Source of the DNA: Acidimicrobiia bacterium
Lineage (GTDB): Bacteria > Actinomycetota > Acidimicrobiia > Acidimicrobiales > JANYDT01
Direction of reading: 5' to 3'
Assembly: GCA_043718695.1 (NCBI GenBank)
Contig: JAYSVF010000100.1
Location: 1 to 53,397 of the forward strand
Length of the DNA stretch: 53,397 nt
Part shown: in pieces, positions 45,831 through 53,397 of the stretch
How positions within the stretch are numbered: position 1 is the first letter of the stretch
Layout: every line of letters starts with the position of its first letter
Notes under the pieces: model-generated
Told to the model about the DNA's origin: nothing
The model's database searches: none
Seen by the model: the letters and a program-made list of their open reading frames with translations, nothing else
Program-made: the position numbers and the translations under genes

Positions 45831-47876
45831 TTATAAACCCCCAATCCATCGCAGGGCCGAAAGGCTGGGAAGGAACCCGTAAATCCCGGCGCGAGTGGTG
45901 ATGAATGGCCCGAACCCGCTGACCGTTGTCGTCGAACCGTCGGCGCAAGGTATGTCGAGCCGGGCGTGCGAAGGATCGGGGCCGAGCAACACGTCGTTGG
46001 TGCCCGAGATCGCTGGTTCCGTGAGCCCCGTGTTGATCCATTCATCCATGATGGTTTCGAACTGCAAGAGCAAGCTGGCGCCAATGAAATGGCCAACAAG
46101 CCCGCGTGGAACATGGTCGATAGGGTCGCCAGCTTTCCACTGCGGTCCATAGGGAATGGCCCGGCGCATGATCCGCCGAGCCAAGCTGTCGCCTACAGGT
46201 TTCATGGGCTGGTCACGCGGATTCGCTCGTCGCATGTGCGCCCCAATTGGGCAACGAAGACCGGTTGCGTCCTCGAGATAGCCGTAGTTGTTGAGCTGGT
46301 CGTAGGTGAGCGCTGGTGTTGGGGAATCGGTGTCGGGTGACAACGCCAGCGGCACACCGTTGCGCCACCGTCCAAGGGCCTTGGCGGCCAGCAACTCTTT
46401 TCCTAAGCCCGATTCAGAACCCTTGGTTTCAAGAAATGTTTCGAACCCAACAACGTCTTGCTCAAGAATCCGAAACGACGAAAAACTTCCGTTCTTTCCA
46501 AGTACATCGGGTTGGGGAATGTCGAGTTCGGTTTGGTAGAGCCGCTTGTACCCGAGGACGAAATCGCCAGCGGCTGCTCGGGGCTGATGGTCGGGCACAA
46601 ACGGGACGGGATCTCCAGCGATAAACGGTTGGGAGATGTTGTCGAGGTAGCCAAAATGCACCACTTGTGAATCGTTGTCGAAGAGCTGCGCATCAAAGGT
46701 TTTCTCGACGCTGAAGGCACCCTCGATGCCAGCCTCAAGCGCGGCAAATGCCACGTCTCGAATTTGGGTGTCGGCTGCGTAGAGCGAGAGCACCACATGA
46801 ATTTTGGTTGGATCGTTGAAGCCCTCGGCCCAGGTATTTGGCGAGTTCGGGCCAATGTCGCCAACATGGGCGCCCCTCGAAGTTGCCCCGGCTAAGAACT
46901 CGACCGGAAACGAGCGCACCGATTCTTTGGGTACACCGAGCGCGGTCAATCCAGTAGCGGTGAGAGCGATGGCCCAACAAGTCGACGGTTGACGATCGCC
47001 CCAATCTGCCGACGACGTGATGGTTGGCAGGGGAGAATTCATTGCCGTTCCTGCCGCTGCTGCCGTTGTTGTTGCTGTTGTTGCTGTTGCTGTTGTTGCT
47101 GTTGTTGCCGTTGCTGCCGTTGTTGTTGGAGTCGCCGGGCTTTGGGGCCGAGAAGAATCGTTGGTCGAGAGAATCGGTTCTGGTGCCGGTCCGGCCATGG
47201 CGAGGATCACCCGGCGGGCCTGCAGCGGATCGACAACACGAAGAACGATATGACGCACAACAGGATGACCAAATCCGCGCAGGATCAATCCCTGAACATC
47301 GCACAGTGCGTTTGCGGGAAGAGCGGGAATCTCAGGCGTCGGCCCCGGAGGATCCTTTGGAACCTGGGGTTTGTCGGGGATAGCCAGCGAAGCCCGAATT
47401 TGCTGGGTCGTGTAATTGGGGTACCCCGAATAGAACCCAATGGGAAGTTGATCGTGGGCGTGAACCCAGCTCACAAAGGCGTCGGGATGGTGCTGAACTG
47501 GCGTGGGCGCTGGATTGACCACAAAGCCCATGATGTTGTCGAAAATGTCGCCGATGCGATCGATGAACATCTGGATGTAATCGCTGAATTCACCGTCATA
47601 GGAGGAAGCCATGACCAGGTTCTCGCCAATGATGACGAAGCGGGCGAAGTGAATGGTGCCCCCACTATCAAGGGCAACGGTCAGGCGCTCGGGTTGATTG
47701 AACACCTTGTTGGCTAAGAGTTGCACGCCAGCCTGGCTGGGGTCAGCGAGGGGCATGACCAGGTTCATGGCCCGCTGGATTCCGGCGACAGGGTAGTTGA
47801 CGGTCATGAGGGATGCTCCCACTGCTATTGAGTCACTTACCCAGGACTGTAGACCTTGAGCGGGCATCTTGCACAT
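45831..47876 (-). CDS. Dyp-type haem peroxidase with a roughly 200-aa N-terminal extension and a Thr/Ala-rich loop
   Basis: HFGYLDNISQP (Dyp GxxDG-like region) and the proximal-His region CPIGAHMRRANPRD. Its stop lies 6 nt before the cyclase-ATPase start. Confidence 0.8.
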   Translation of the reverse strand: MCKMPAQGLQSWVSDSIAVGASLMTVNYPVAGIQRAMNLVMPLADPSQAGVQLLANKVFNQPERLTVALDSGGTIHFARFVIIGENLVMASSYDGEFSDYIQMFIDRIGDIFDNIMGFVVNPAPTPVQHHPDAFVSWVHAHDQLPIGFYSGYPNYTTQQIRASLAIPDKPQVPKDPPGPTPEIPALPANALCDVQGLILRGFGHPVVRHIVLRVVDPLQARRVILAMAGPAPEPILSTNDSSRPQSPATPTTTAATATTATTATATTATTTAAAAGTAMNSPLPTITSSADWGDRQPSTCWAIALTATGLTALGVPKESVRSFPVEFLAGATSRGAHVGDIGPNSPNTWAEGFNDPTKIHVVLSLYAADTQIRDVAFAALEAGIEGAFSVEKTFDAQLFDNDSQVVHFGYLDNISQPFIAGDPVPFVPDHQPRAAAGDFVLGYKRLYQTELDIPQPDVLGKNGSFSSFRILEQDVVGFETFLETKGSESGLGKELLAAKALGRWRNGVPLALSPDTDSPTPALTYDQLNNYGYLEDATGLRCPIGAHMRRANPRDQPMKPVGDSLARRIMRRAIPYGPQWKAGDPIDHVPRGLVGHFIGASLLLQFETIMDEWINTGLTEPAISGTNDVLLGPDPSHARLDIPCADGSTTTVSGFGPFITTRAGIYGFLPSLSALRWIGGL
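47043..47129. repeat. imperfect trinucleotide (GYT)n tract
   Basis: gccgttcctgccgctgctgccgttgttgttgctgttgttgctgttgctgttgttgct..., read directly. It encodes PTTTAATATTATTATATTATTTAAAAGTA in the Dyp frame. Confidence 0.8.
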
Positions 47877-47934
47877 TGATTTCTCTTTTTATCCCCGCTC
47901 GATTTCTTGACCCAACGCTGTTACCGTCCCCTGT

Positions 47935-48990
47935 ATGAGTACATTGTCAAATCCCAATGATGGTGGTATTTCCTCAAATCAACCAATGGCCGCCTCACCG
48001 CCCGGCGGGATGCCAGTTGCGGGCGTCAATGAGATTTCTCCAGCAACGGCTGGATTGCTGGTGGACACCCTGAATGCTTCGTTTGGCGGGGCGCATCGAA
48101 CGGCGCATGCCGTTGGAATCGGGCTTCGAGGCACGTTCATCCCCACTCAGGATGCGCCCGCATTCTGCAAAGCCACCGTGTTTGCCAGTGGAGCGACCAG
48201 GGTAACGGCGCGGTTTTCCAATGGTTCGGGCGGGCGCAACGTGGACGATCGTGATCCTGATGTGCGTGGACTGTCGGTCAAGTTTCACCTGGGTGACGAT
48301 TACAACACCACCGGGGAAGGAGGCGATCTCGACATGATTGGCGTGTCCATGAGCTCGTTCTTTGTCAAGACGCCAGAAGAGTTTCTTGAGTTCCTTCGCC
48401 TCACCGTTCCGCACCCCGATACTGGTCGGCCCGATCCGCTTGCCTTTAAGGAATGGTTTGCTACGCATCCAAATGCCTGGGCGACTTACGACACGGTCCA
48501 CAAACTTGGTCCCGACCTCTCATTTGCTGCCCTGCAATACAACAGCCTGCACGCGTTCCGCTACACCAACGCTGAAGGAACGATGTCAGTTGCCCGCTTT
48601 GGTTGGGTTCCTGAACAACCTGGCGATCGATTCCCCCTTGGAACCGATACGACCAGTTGGCCAACCGATTACCTCCGACGGGAAATTGTCGCCCGAGTTC
48701 GGGATGGAAATGGTCCCTGTTTCACCCTCGTCGCGCAGCTTCAGGGCCTGACCGATCCCGACGATGACTCCAGCGTTGTGTGGACCTCTACGGAGTTCCG
48801 AACACTTGGTCGATTGAGCTTGGGTGCTTTAGTGGCCGATCAGTACTGGGATTGCGAAGCTTTGCGGTTCAACCCCGGCCGACTGATTGACGGCATCGAC
48901 ATGTCCCCTGATCCCGTTCTCCATGCCCGTCACAACACCTACGACACATCAGCCACCCGCCGAACCGCCGCCTACCCGCCGCCTGTTTAG
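47935..48990 (+). CDS. catalase-related small haem peroxidase (mini-catalase family)
   Basis: RTAHAVGIGLRGTF (distal His), VTARFSNGSG...DVRGLSVKF, and the proximal Tyr region HARHNTYDTSATRR. At 351 aa it is far shorter than a monofunctional catalase. Confidence 0.8.
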   Translation: MSTLSNPNDGGISSNQPMAASPPGGMPVAGVNEISPATAGLLVDTLNASFGGAHRTAHAVGIGLRGTFIPTQDAPAFCKATVFASGATRVTARFSNGSGGRNVDDRDPDVRGLSVKFHLGDDYNTTGEGGDLDMIGVSMSSFFVKTPEEFLEFLRLTVPHPDTGRPDPLAFKEWFATHPNAWATYDTVHKLGPDLSFAALQYNSLHAFRYTNAEGTMSVARFGWVPEQPGDRFPLGTDTTSWPTDYLRREIVARVRDGNGPCFTLVAQLQGLTDPDDDSSVVWTSTEFRTLGRLSLGALVADQYWDCEALRFNPGRLIDGIDMSPDPVLHARHNTYDTSATRRTAAYPPPV

Positions 48991-49096
48991 CCCGCCAAAC
49001 CTTCGCGTTGTATTTCTTGTGGTCGCCGGTTCTCGTCAACTCTGAACTGCGTGCCGACGAACACTCCACGGTGAATCTTTTGTTTTGACGCGTGCT

Positions 49097-49507
49097 CTAT
49101 GCGGGGCGAAAGACGGGGATGGATTCACTTTCCCGTGGACGTTCGAAGGCGACGACAACTGGTAGCGAGCCGGTGATTGTGGCTGGATCAATATCGATAA
49201 GTACGCCTATCATCCAAGGACCTTCGGTGAGTTCAACCGTGGCGATGATGCGCGGGGTTGGAACGACACCGTCGGCGCCAGCTCGGGAGTGCACGACCAC
49301 CCAAGATTCGAGGTGACCGGTTCCGGCCGCATCGATCCATTCGAAGTTCTCCGAAAGACACTCTGTGCACATAGGAACTTCTGGGCCACGGATATGTTGA
49401 CAATCCGTGCAGGCGCGGAGGAGTAACCGACCTTCTGCGGTGGCGTCGAAGAAGTGTGCTGATGCCTCATCGCGGGTGACGGGTGGGAGGGTGCTGTGGT
49501 TCATCAT
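49097..49507 (-). CDS. Zn-ribbon/OB-fold protein (DUF35 family)
   Basis: FFDATAEGRLLLRACTDCQHIRGPEVPMCTECLS has two CxxC pairs. It lies downstream of a thiolase-like gene, the usual pairing. Confidence 0.8.
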   Translation of the reverse strand: MMNHSTLPPVTRDEASAHFFDATAEGRLLLRACTDCQHIRGPEVPMCTECLSENFEWIDAAGTGHLESWVVVHSRAGADGVVPTPRIIATVELTEGPWMIGVLIDIDPATITGSLPVVVAFERPRESESIPVFRPA

Positions 49508-49528
49508 GGGGTTCTCGGTTTCGCTGGC

Positions 49529-50692
49529 TTAGGCCGCGTGGGGGCTGAGAATCAGCGTGGAGTGGTAATCGAGGATGCCGCCGTTGCCACTAGCCAACAC
49601 CACATCGTGTTTCGCGACCTGTCGCTCGCCTGCTGTACCGCGCGCCTGGATGATGGCTTCGGAGATTGGCGTCATGCCCCACATGTAATACGCAGAGAGT
49701 TCACCGCCTCCGGTGTTCGTTGGCAATGATCCGCCGGGACCGAGTGCGCCTGATTCCGCAAAGGCACCACCTTCACCTTTGGCGCAGAACCCGTAATCCT
49801 CCAATGACACGATGACGGTGTAGGTGTAGCAATCATAGATTTGGCAGACATCAACATCCGATGGTGCGAGACCCGCCATGGCAAAGGCCCGTGCACCCGA
49901 TTCAATAGCACCGGAAATCTCACCGAATCGGCAGCCGCGTTGTTGCACCAACCCGGGATGCGCCTGTCCCCAGCCCAGTGCGTACACCGGTGGCTGTCGA
50001 AGCGAACGAGCCCGATCTGCCGACGTGACGATCACGGCTATTCCGCCATTCGAAACCAAGCAGCAATCAAGTAGGCGTAGAGGATCGGCGATATAGCGGG
50101 AGTTCTGATGATCCTCAAGAGTGATGGGATCACGGAACTGAGCCATGGGGTTCATCGTCGCCCACTGCCGTTGCTGTACCGCCACGGCGCCAAACTGCTC
50201 GGATGTGGTTCCGTAGGTGAGCATATGACGTCTCGCGGCCATGGCATAGCGAGGATTCGCGCCACCATACCCAGCCGACATTTGCATGGCGGCAAACCCT
50301 TTGTAGTTTGGCCGACGTGCGCCATACGCAGCACCCGCGCCTATGCCTTCCTTGAGCGGTGCATCAGCGAACACGCACACAACCGTTTCGGCCATACCTG
50401 CGTCGATGGCCATGCCCGCATACTGAATCATCGCGCCAGCCGACGAGCCGAATGATTGGTACTCGGCGAGGAGTTTGGTATTGCGAAGTCCAAGGCGCTT
50501 CTGCAGCTGTACATTGAGATCGCCCGGCGAGTTGATCAACAGCCCGTCAATGTCAGCAACGTTTATTCCAGCATCCGCCGCGGCTAACTGCACGGCTTCT
50601 TGGGCAAACCCCGCTGCGGTCTTCCCGTAAATCCTGCCCATTGGCGTAATGCCCAATCCGGCGATGGCAAAGTTGTTCGTTCGTTTCGGCAT
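49529..50692 (-). CDS. thiolase-like (SCP-x / lipid-transfer type) protein
   Basis: FAIAGLGITPMGRIYG..., IYDCYTYTV and NTGGGELS motifs; 387 aa. Confidence 0.85.
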   Translation of the reverse strand: MPKRTNNFAIAGLGITPMGRIYGKTAAGFAQEAVQLAAADAGINVADIDGLLINSPGDLNVQLQKRLGLRNTKLLAEYQSFGSSAGAMIQYAGMAIDAGMAETVVCVFADAPLKEGIGAGAAYGARRPNYKGFAAMQMSAGYGGANPRYAMAARRHMLTYGTTSEQFGAVAVQQRQWATMNPMAQFRDPITLEDHQNSRYIADPLRLLDCCLVSNGGIAVIVTSADRARSLRQPPVYALGWGQAHPGLVQQRGCRFGEISGAIESGARAFAMAGLAPSDVDVCQIYDCYTYTVIVSLEDYGFCAKGEGGAFAESGALGPGGSLPTNTGGGELSAYYMWGMTPISEAIIQARGTAGERQVAKHDVVLASGNGGILDYHSTLILSPHAA

Positions 50693-50775
50693 GAGGTTCT
50701 GTGGATCTCGAATTCTTCGATTGTTGTGCGGTGCGTTGTGTAGTGGGTGCGAAAGTAGGTGTCTCGTAGGTGGGC

Positions 50776-52020
50776 TTAACGACGATCCGCGACGACAGCT
50801 TTGCGGACTTCGCTGAACGGGAGATCGCGATCCAATTCAGGTTCTTTGGGAAGCCCAAGTACTCGCTCACCGATGATGTTGCGTTGAATCTGATCCGTGC
50901 CTCCGCCGATTGAGGTGAAGTACGCATTCAGGGCCAGGAAGTTGGCATCGGAGGCGTCGGGGAACAGGTCGCCTACCAACATTGCCTGCGCGCCTACGAT
51001 CTGCGTTTGTACTTTGGCGCCTTCATGAAGGATCTGGCTCATGGCGAGTTTGCCAAGCGAGAGAATCGGCGACGAAGTACCCTGCTGCAATTGCGCCTTA
51101 GCTCGTTGACCATTCCACTTGTTCACCATCCGTAGTGAGTGCACCTTGGCGATAGCTTGGCGGATCGTGTGATCTTGCCCCACGCCGTGCGCCTTGGCCA
51201 TGGCCCAAAGGTCAACATCCGTCGCACCTTTTGCCACGGCGGCCTCGCCTGCTTCCGTCGACTTATCCTTTTCACCGACTCCTGGTTGGCTCGGCCCGCG
51301 AGCATTGTCACCCATTAGCGAACGCTCGTAGGCCAACGCGGTTTGCATCACTCGCCATCCATCACCAGGCCCCGCCAACAAGTTGGCATTCGGCACTCGA
51401 GCTTCGGTGATGAACACCTCGTTGAAATGTGCCTCGCCAGTGATCTGCTTAATGGGCCGCACCTCAACTCCGGCTTGGCGCATCGGGAACCAAAAGAACG
51501 ACAGCCCTTTGTGCTTGCTCGCCTCCCAATTCGTGCGGGCAATCAACATGCCGTATTCGGCGGTCTTTCCACCCGACGTCCACACCTTTTGGCCGTTAAT
51601 AATCCAATCGTCACCATCACGGTCGGCTCGGGTCTGCACGCCGGCGAGGTCTGATCCGGCGCCGGGCTCGGAGTACAGCAGACACATGTTCAGATCACCC
51701 ATCAACAACGGACGCAGCATCTTTGCCTGCAACTCCGCCGAACCGTAAGCAAGCATAGTATTTGCCCAGAGGTTGTGACGATCATGCCCGGTTCCTGGTG
51801 CCCCCCGTTTCGCGAACTCAGCATGGATGACCTTGGCCTGGTCTGAAGTAGCGCTGCGTCCATACGTTGGTTCGGTCCACGTCGGCGCGGCCCAACCGGC
51901 ATCGATAACCAAGCTCTGCCATTGGGCTTTCGGGAGGCTGGGATTCCAATTCGCATCGAGCCAAGCCCCAACCTCACGGCCCAAATCGTCGAGCGAAACG
52001 TCAGTAAGTGGAGCAGCCAT
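50776..52020 (-). CDS. acyl-CoA dehydrogenase family protein
   Basis: CLLYSEPGAGSDLAG, INGQKVWTSGG and a C-terminal GGGTDQIQRNIIGERVLGLP. ATG at 52020 sits 8 nt after GGGAGGA. Confidence 0.85.
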   Translation of the reverse strand: MAAPLTDVSLDDLGREVGAWLDANWNPSLPKAQWQSLVIDAGWAAPTWTEPTYGRSATSDQAKVIHAEFAKRGAPGTGHDRHNLWANTMLAYGSAELQAKMLRPLLMGDLNMCLLYSEPGAGSDLAGVQTRADRDGDDWIINGQKVWTSGGKTAEYGMLIARTNWEASKHKGLSFFWFPMRQAGVEVRPIKQITGEAHFNEVFITEARVPNANLLAGPGDGWRVMQTALAYERSLMGDNARGPSQPGVGEKDKSTEAGEAAVAKGATDVDLWAMAKAHGVGQDHTIRQAIAKVHSLRMVNKWNGQRAKAQLQQGTSSPILSLGKLAMSQILHEGAKVQTQIVGAQAMLVGDLFPDASDANFLALNAYFTSIGGGTDQIQRNIIGERVLGLPKEPELDRDLPFSEVRKAVVADRR

Positions 52021-52112
52021 ACCTACGATCCTCCCAAGCCAGCCCGCTCTAGTGCAAACCCGCACCGAGCACGCACAATCGGTGCCCTTGTGCGCAGTGG
52101 AGGGTTTAAGCC

Positions 52113-53165
52113 TTACCTCGGCCCCGACCAGTCAACACGTTGCGACGGTTTGTAACGCCCACGAGCACAAACCGTCACAACGCTGGTGCGCTCAGGGAGC
52201 CACGCAGGCCCTGGTTCGAGCAAATCCCCAACCCAATTGCGGCTGGGGGCGATGATGTCCCGGGCAAACCACTGAACCGTTTCGACCGCTGCGCCAGTGT
52301 CGTCACCACAGGAAAGACTGATGGTCCAATCGACGCCCAGTGCTTCAAGTGCCGCGATTTCCTCCAGGTACTGATCAGCAGGCCTTCCTTTGCGGACGTC
52401 GATCATCGGCCACAAGCCCATCACCACGATTTCTACACCGCTGGCTTTCCGGCCGGCAGATTCGGCGGCCATTCGCACCTCATCGATGCCTCGGGCCAGC
52501 ACGTCGAGATCCTCAATCGGTTTCGTACGAATGGTTTTCGTGATCTGTTCGCGCTCACCCGTAATCATGCCCAGCCAACCATCTCCGTAAGCGCCGGCCC
52601 GAGCGGTCCCGAACGGCGCATTGCCATGAATCCACAACGGTGGGTGCGGACGTTGCACTACCGGTGGCAGCATCCGAGTCGGCTTGGCGATTACACCGTT
52701 GGTTTCGATGCTCACTTCACCATTGGTCCACGCTTCGCGCATGATGCCCACATTGCGATCAAACAACTCGCGACGTTTCGTGGGATCAACATCAAGGGCT
52801 TTGAATTCGCCGAACATATAGCCCGTGCCCATAGCAACCGTAACGCGACCGCCACTCAGTTGATCCAACGTCGACACCTGCTGCGCCGCCATGATCGGAT
52901 TGCGATACGAGGGCACCAACACAAACGTCATCAACCGCACGCGTTCCGTCACTGCCGCCACAAAACCAAGCGACGTGAACGGATCAGCAACCCCTTCACC
53001 GTCGCGCTCTACCCACAACGCGGAGGGAGCTGGATGATCAGTAAAGGCAATCGCATCAAAGCCCCCGTCCTCAGCAGATTTCGCAAACGACTTGACCACG
53101 CTGGGCGCAAGAATCCCCGGCGTCCATTTCGGATCGCCCAGGGCGTATTGGATACCGAACTTCAT
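52113..53165 (-). CDS. LLM-class (luciferase-like, probably F420-dependent) oxidoreductase
   Basis: MKFGIQY...GFDAIAFTDHP...LDQLSGGRVTVAMGTGY. Confidence 0.85.
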   Translation of the reverse strand: MKFGIQYALGDPKWTPGILAPSVVKSFAKSAEDGGFDAIAFTDHPAPSALWVERDGEGVADPFTSLGFVAAVTERVRLMTFVLVPSYRNPIMAAQQVSTLDQLSGGRVTVAMGTGYMFGEFKALDVDPTKRRELFDRNVGIMREAWTNGEVSIETNGVIAKPTRMLPPVVQRPHPPLWIHGNAPFGTARAGAYGDGWLGMITGEREQITKTIRTKPIEDLDVLARGIDEVRMAAESAGRKASGVEIVVMGLWPMIDVRKGRPADQYLEEIAALEALGVDWTISLSCGDDTGAAVETVQWFARDIIAPSRNWVGDLLEPGPAWLPERTSVVTVCARGRYKPSQRVDWSGPR

Positions 53166-53397
53166 CGGAGTGGCTCGGTGGGGTTCACGGGGTGTCCCTG
53201 TGGGAGTAAGTCCAACAATTTCCCGTTCCAGTAATCGCGGTTCACCGCCATCTTGCCGTCACGACGTTTGCCTACCGACACGCCCCGAATTCCATGGGGC
53301 TGCATGACCCATTCGAAGTGATAGTCGTCGCCAAATTCTGCGCCACCGATGAATTCAAACGTGGCCCCAGGCACGAGCTGAAATGATTTGTTGACGA
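53162..53397 (-). CDS. NTF2/SnoaL-like protein, 3' part (5' end outside the window)
   Basis: The frame is open to the window edge. It ends ...MAVNRDYWNGKLLDLL, a typical NTF2-like C-terminus. Its TGA overlaps the LLM ATG (ATGA). Confidence 0.5.
   Translation of the reverse strand, partial: VNKSFQLVPGATFEFIGGAEFGDDYHFEWVMQPHGIRGVSVGKRRDGKMAVNRDYWNGKLLDLLPQGHPVNPTEPLR

Noticed and set aside
46735-47717. Alternative-frame ORFs across the trinucleotide tract (N/S-rich minus ORF 46735..47304; Cys- or Leu-rich plus ORFs 46989..47717, 47017..47253 and 47024..47383)
   Set aside because: They exist only because the (GYT)n tract has no stops in any frame. The Dyp frame is the only one with flanking family motifs.
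52140-53234. 364-aa plus-strand ORF, together with similar long antisense ORFs (29467..30345, 36489..37358, 23617..24285, 13995..14615)
   Set aside because: Each lies entirely antisense to a gene with clear family motifs. Their translations are Arg/His/Pro-rich and motif-free, so they are shadow frames.

Overview
This 53.4 kb window looks actinobacterial. It has moderately high GC, many SDR, BVMO, SnoaL, amidohydrolase, F420/LLM-type and family III CoA-transferase genes, and at least one leaderless-type promoter. All family calls come from reading motifs in the supplied translations; no searches were run. Most of the window is a dense accessory catabolic region: two divergent Baeyer-Villiger monooxygenases, several SDRs, two CoA-transferases, two amidohydrolases, a crotonase, an esterase, a thiolase/DUF35 pair, an acyl-CoA dehydrogenase and LLM oxidoreductases. 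It also carries a heterodimeric ABC exporter, a pxpABC 5-oxoprolinase set, an intact molybdopterin oxidoreductase and a decayed paralogue. No rRNA, tRNA, CRISPR array, transposase or integrase was recognised. Five things stand out. (1) A thioredoxin-fold (ResA/TlpA-like) gene has an in-frame TGA exactly at the catalytic Cys position (WAPY-TGA-GC), with a hairpin 14 nt downstream, making it a candidate selenoprotein. (2) A textbook SoxR box sits inside a 19-bp-spacer promoter that drives a leaderless Rieske-domain fusion protein of unknown function, divergent from soxR. (3) A Dyp peroxidase gene is tightly linked to a class III cyclase-STAND ATPase gene and divergent from a mini-catalase gene. 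(4) A run of frameshifted or truncated genes spans 28.4-36.3 kb, and a truncated TetR and PIN toxin meet near 20.4 kb. The single-base losses I could place mostly fall in plus-strand G runs, so sequencing error must be excluded before calling these pseudogenes. (5) Several short tandem repeats occur, two of them A/C-rich and abutting ribosome-binding sites.
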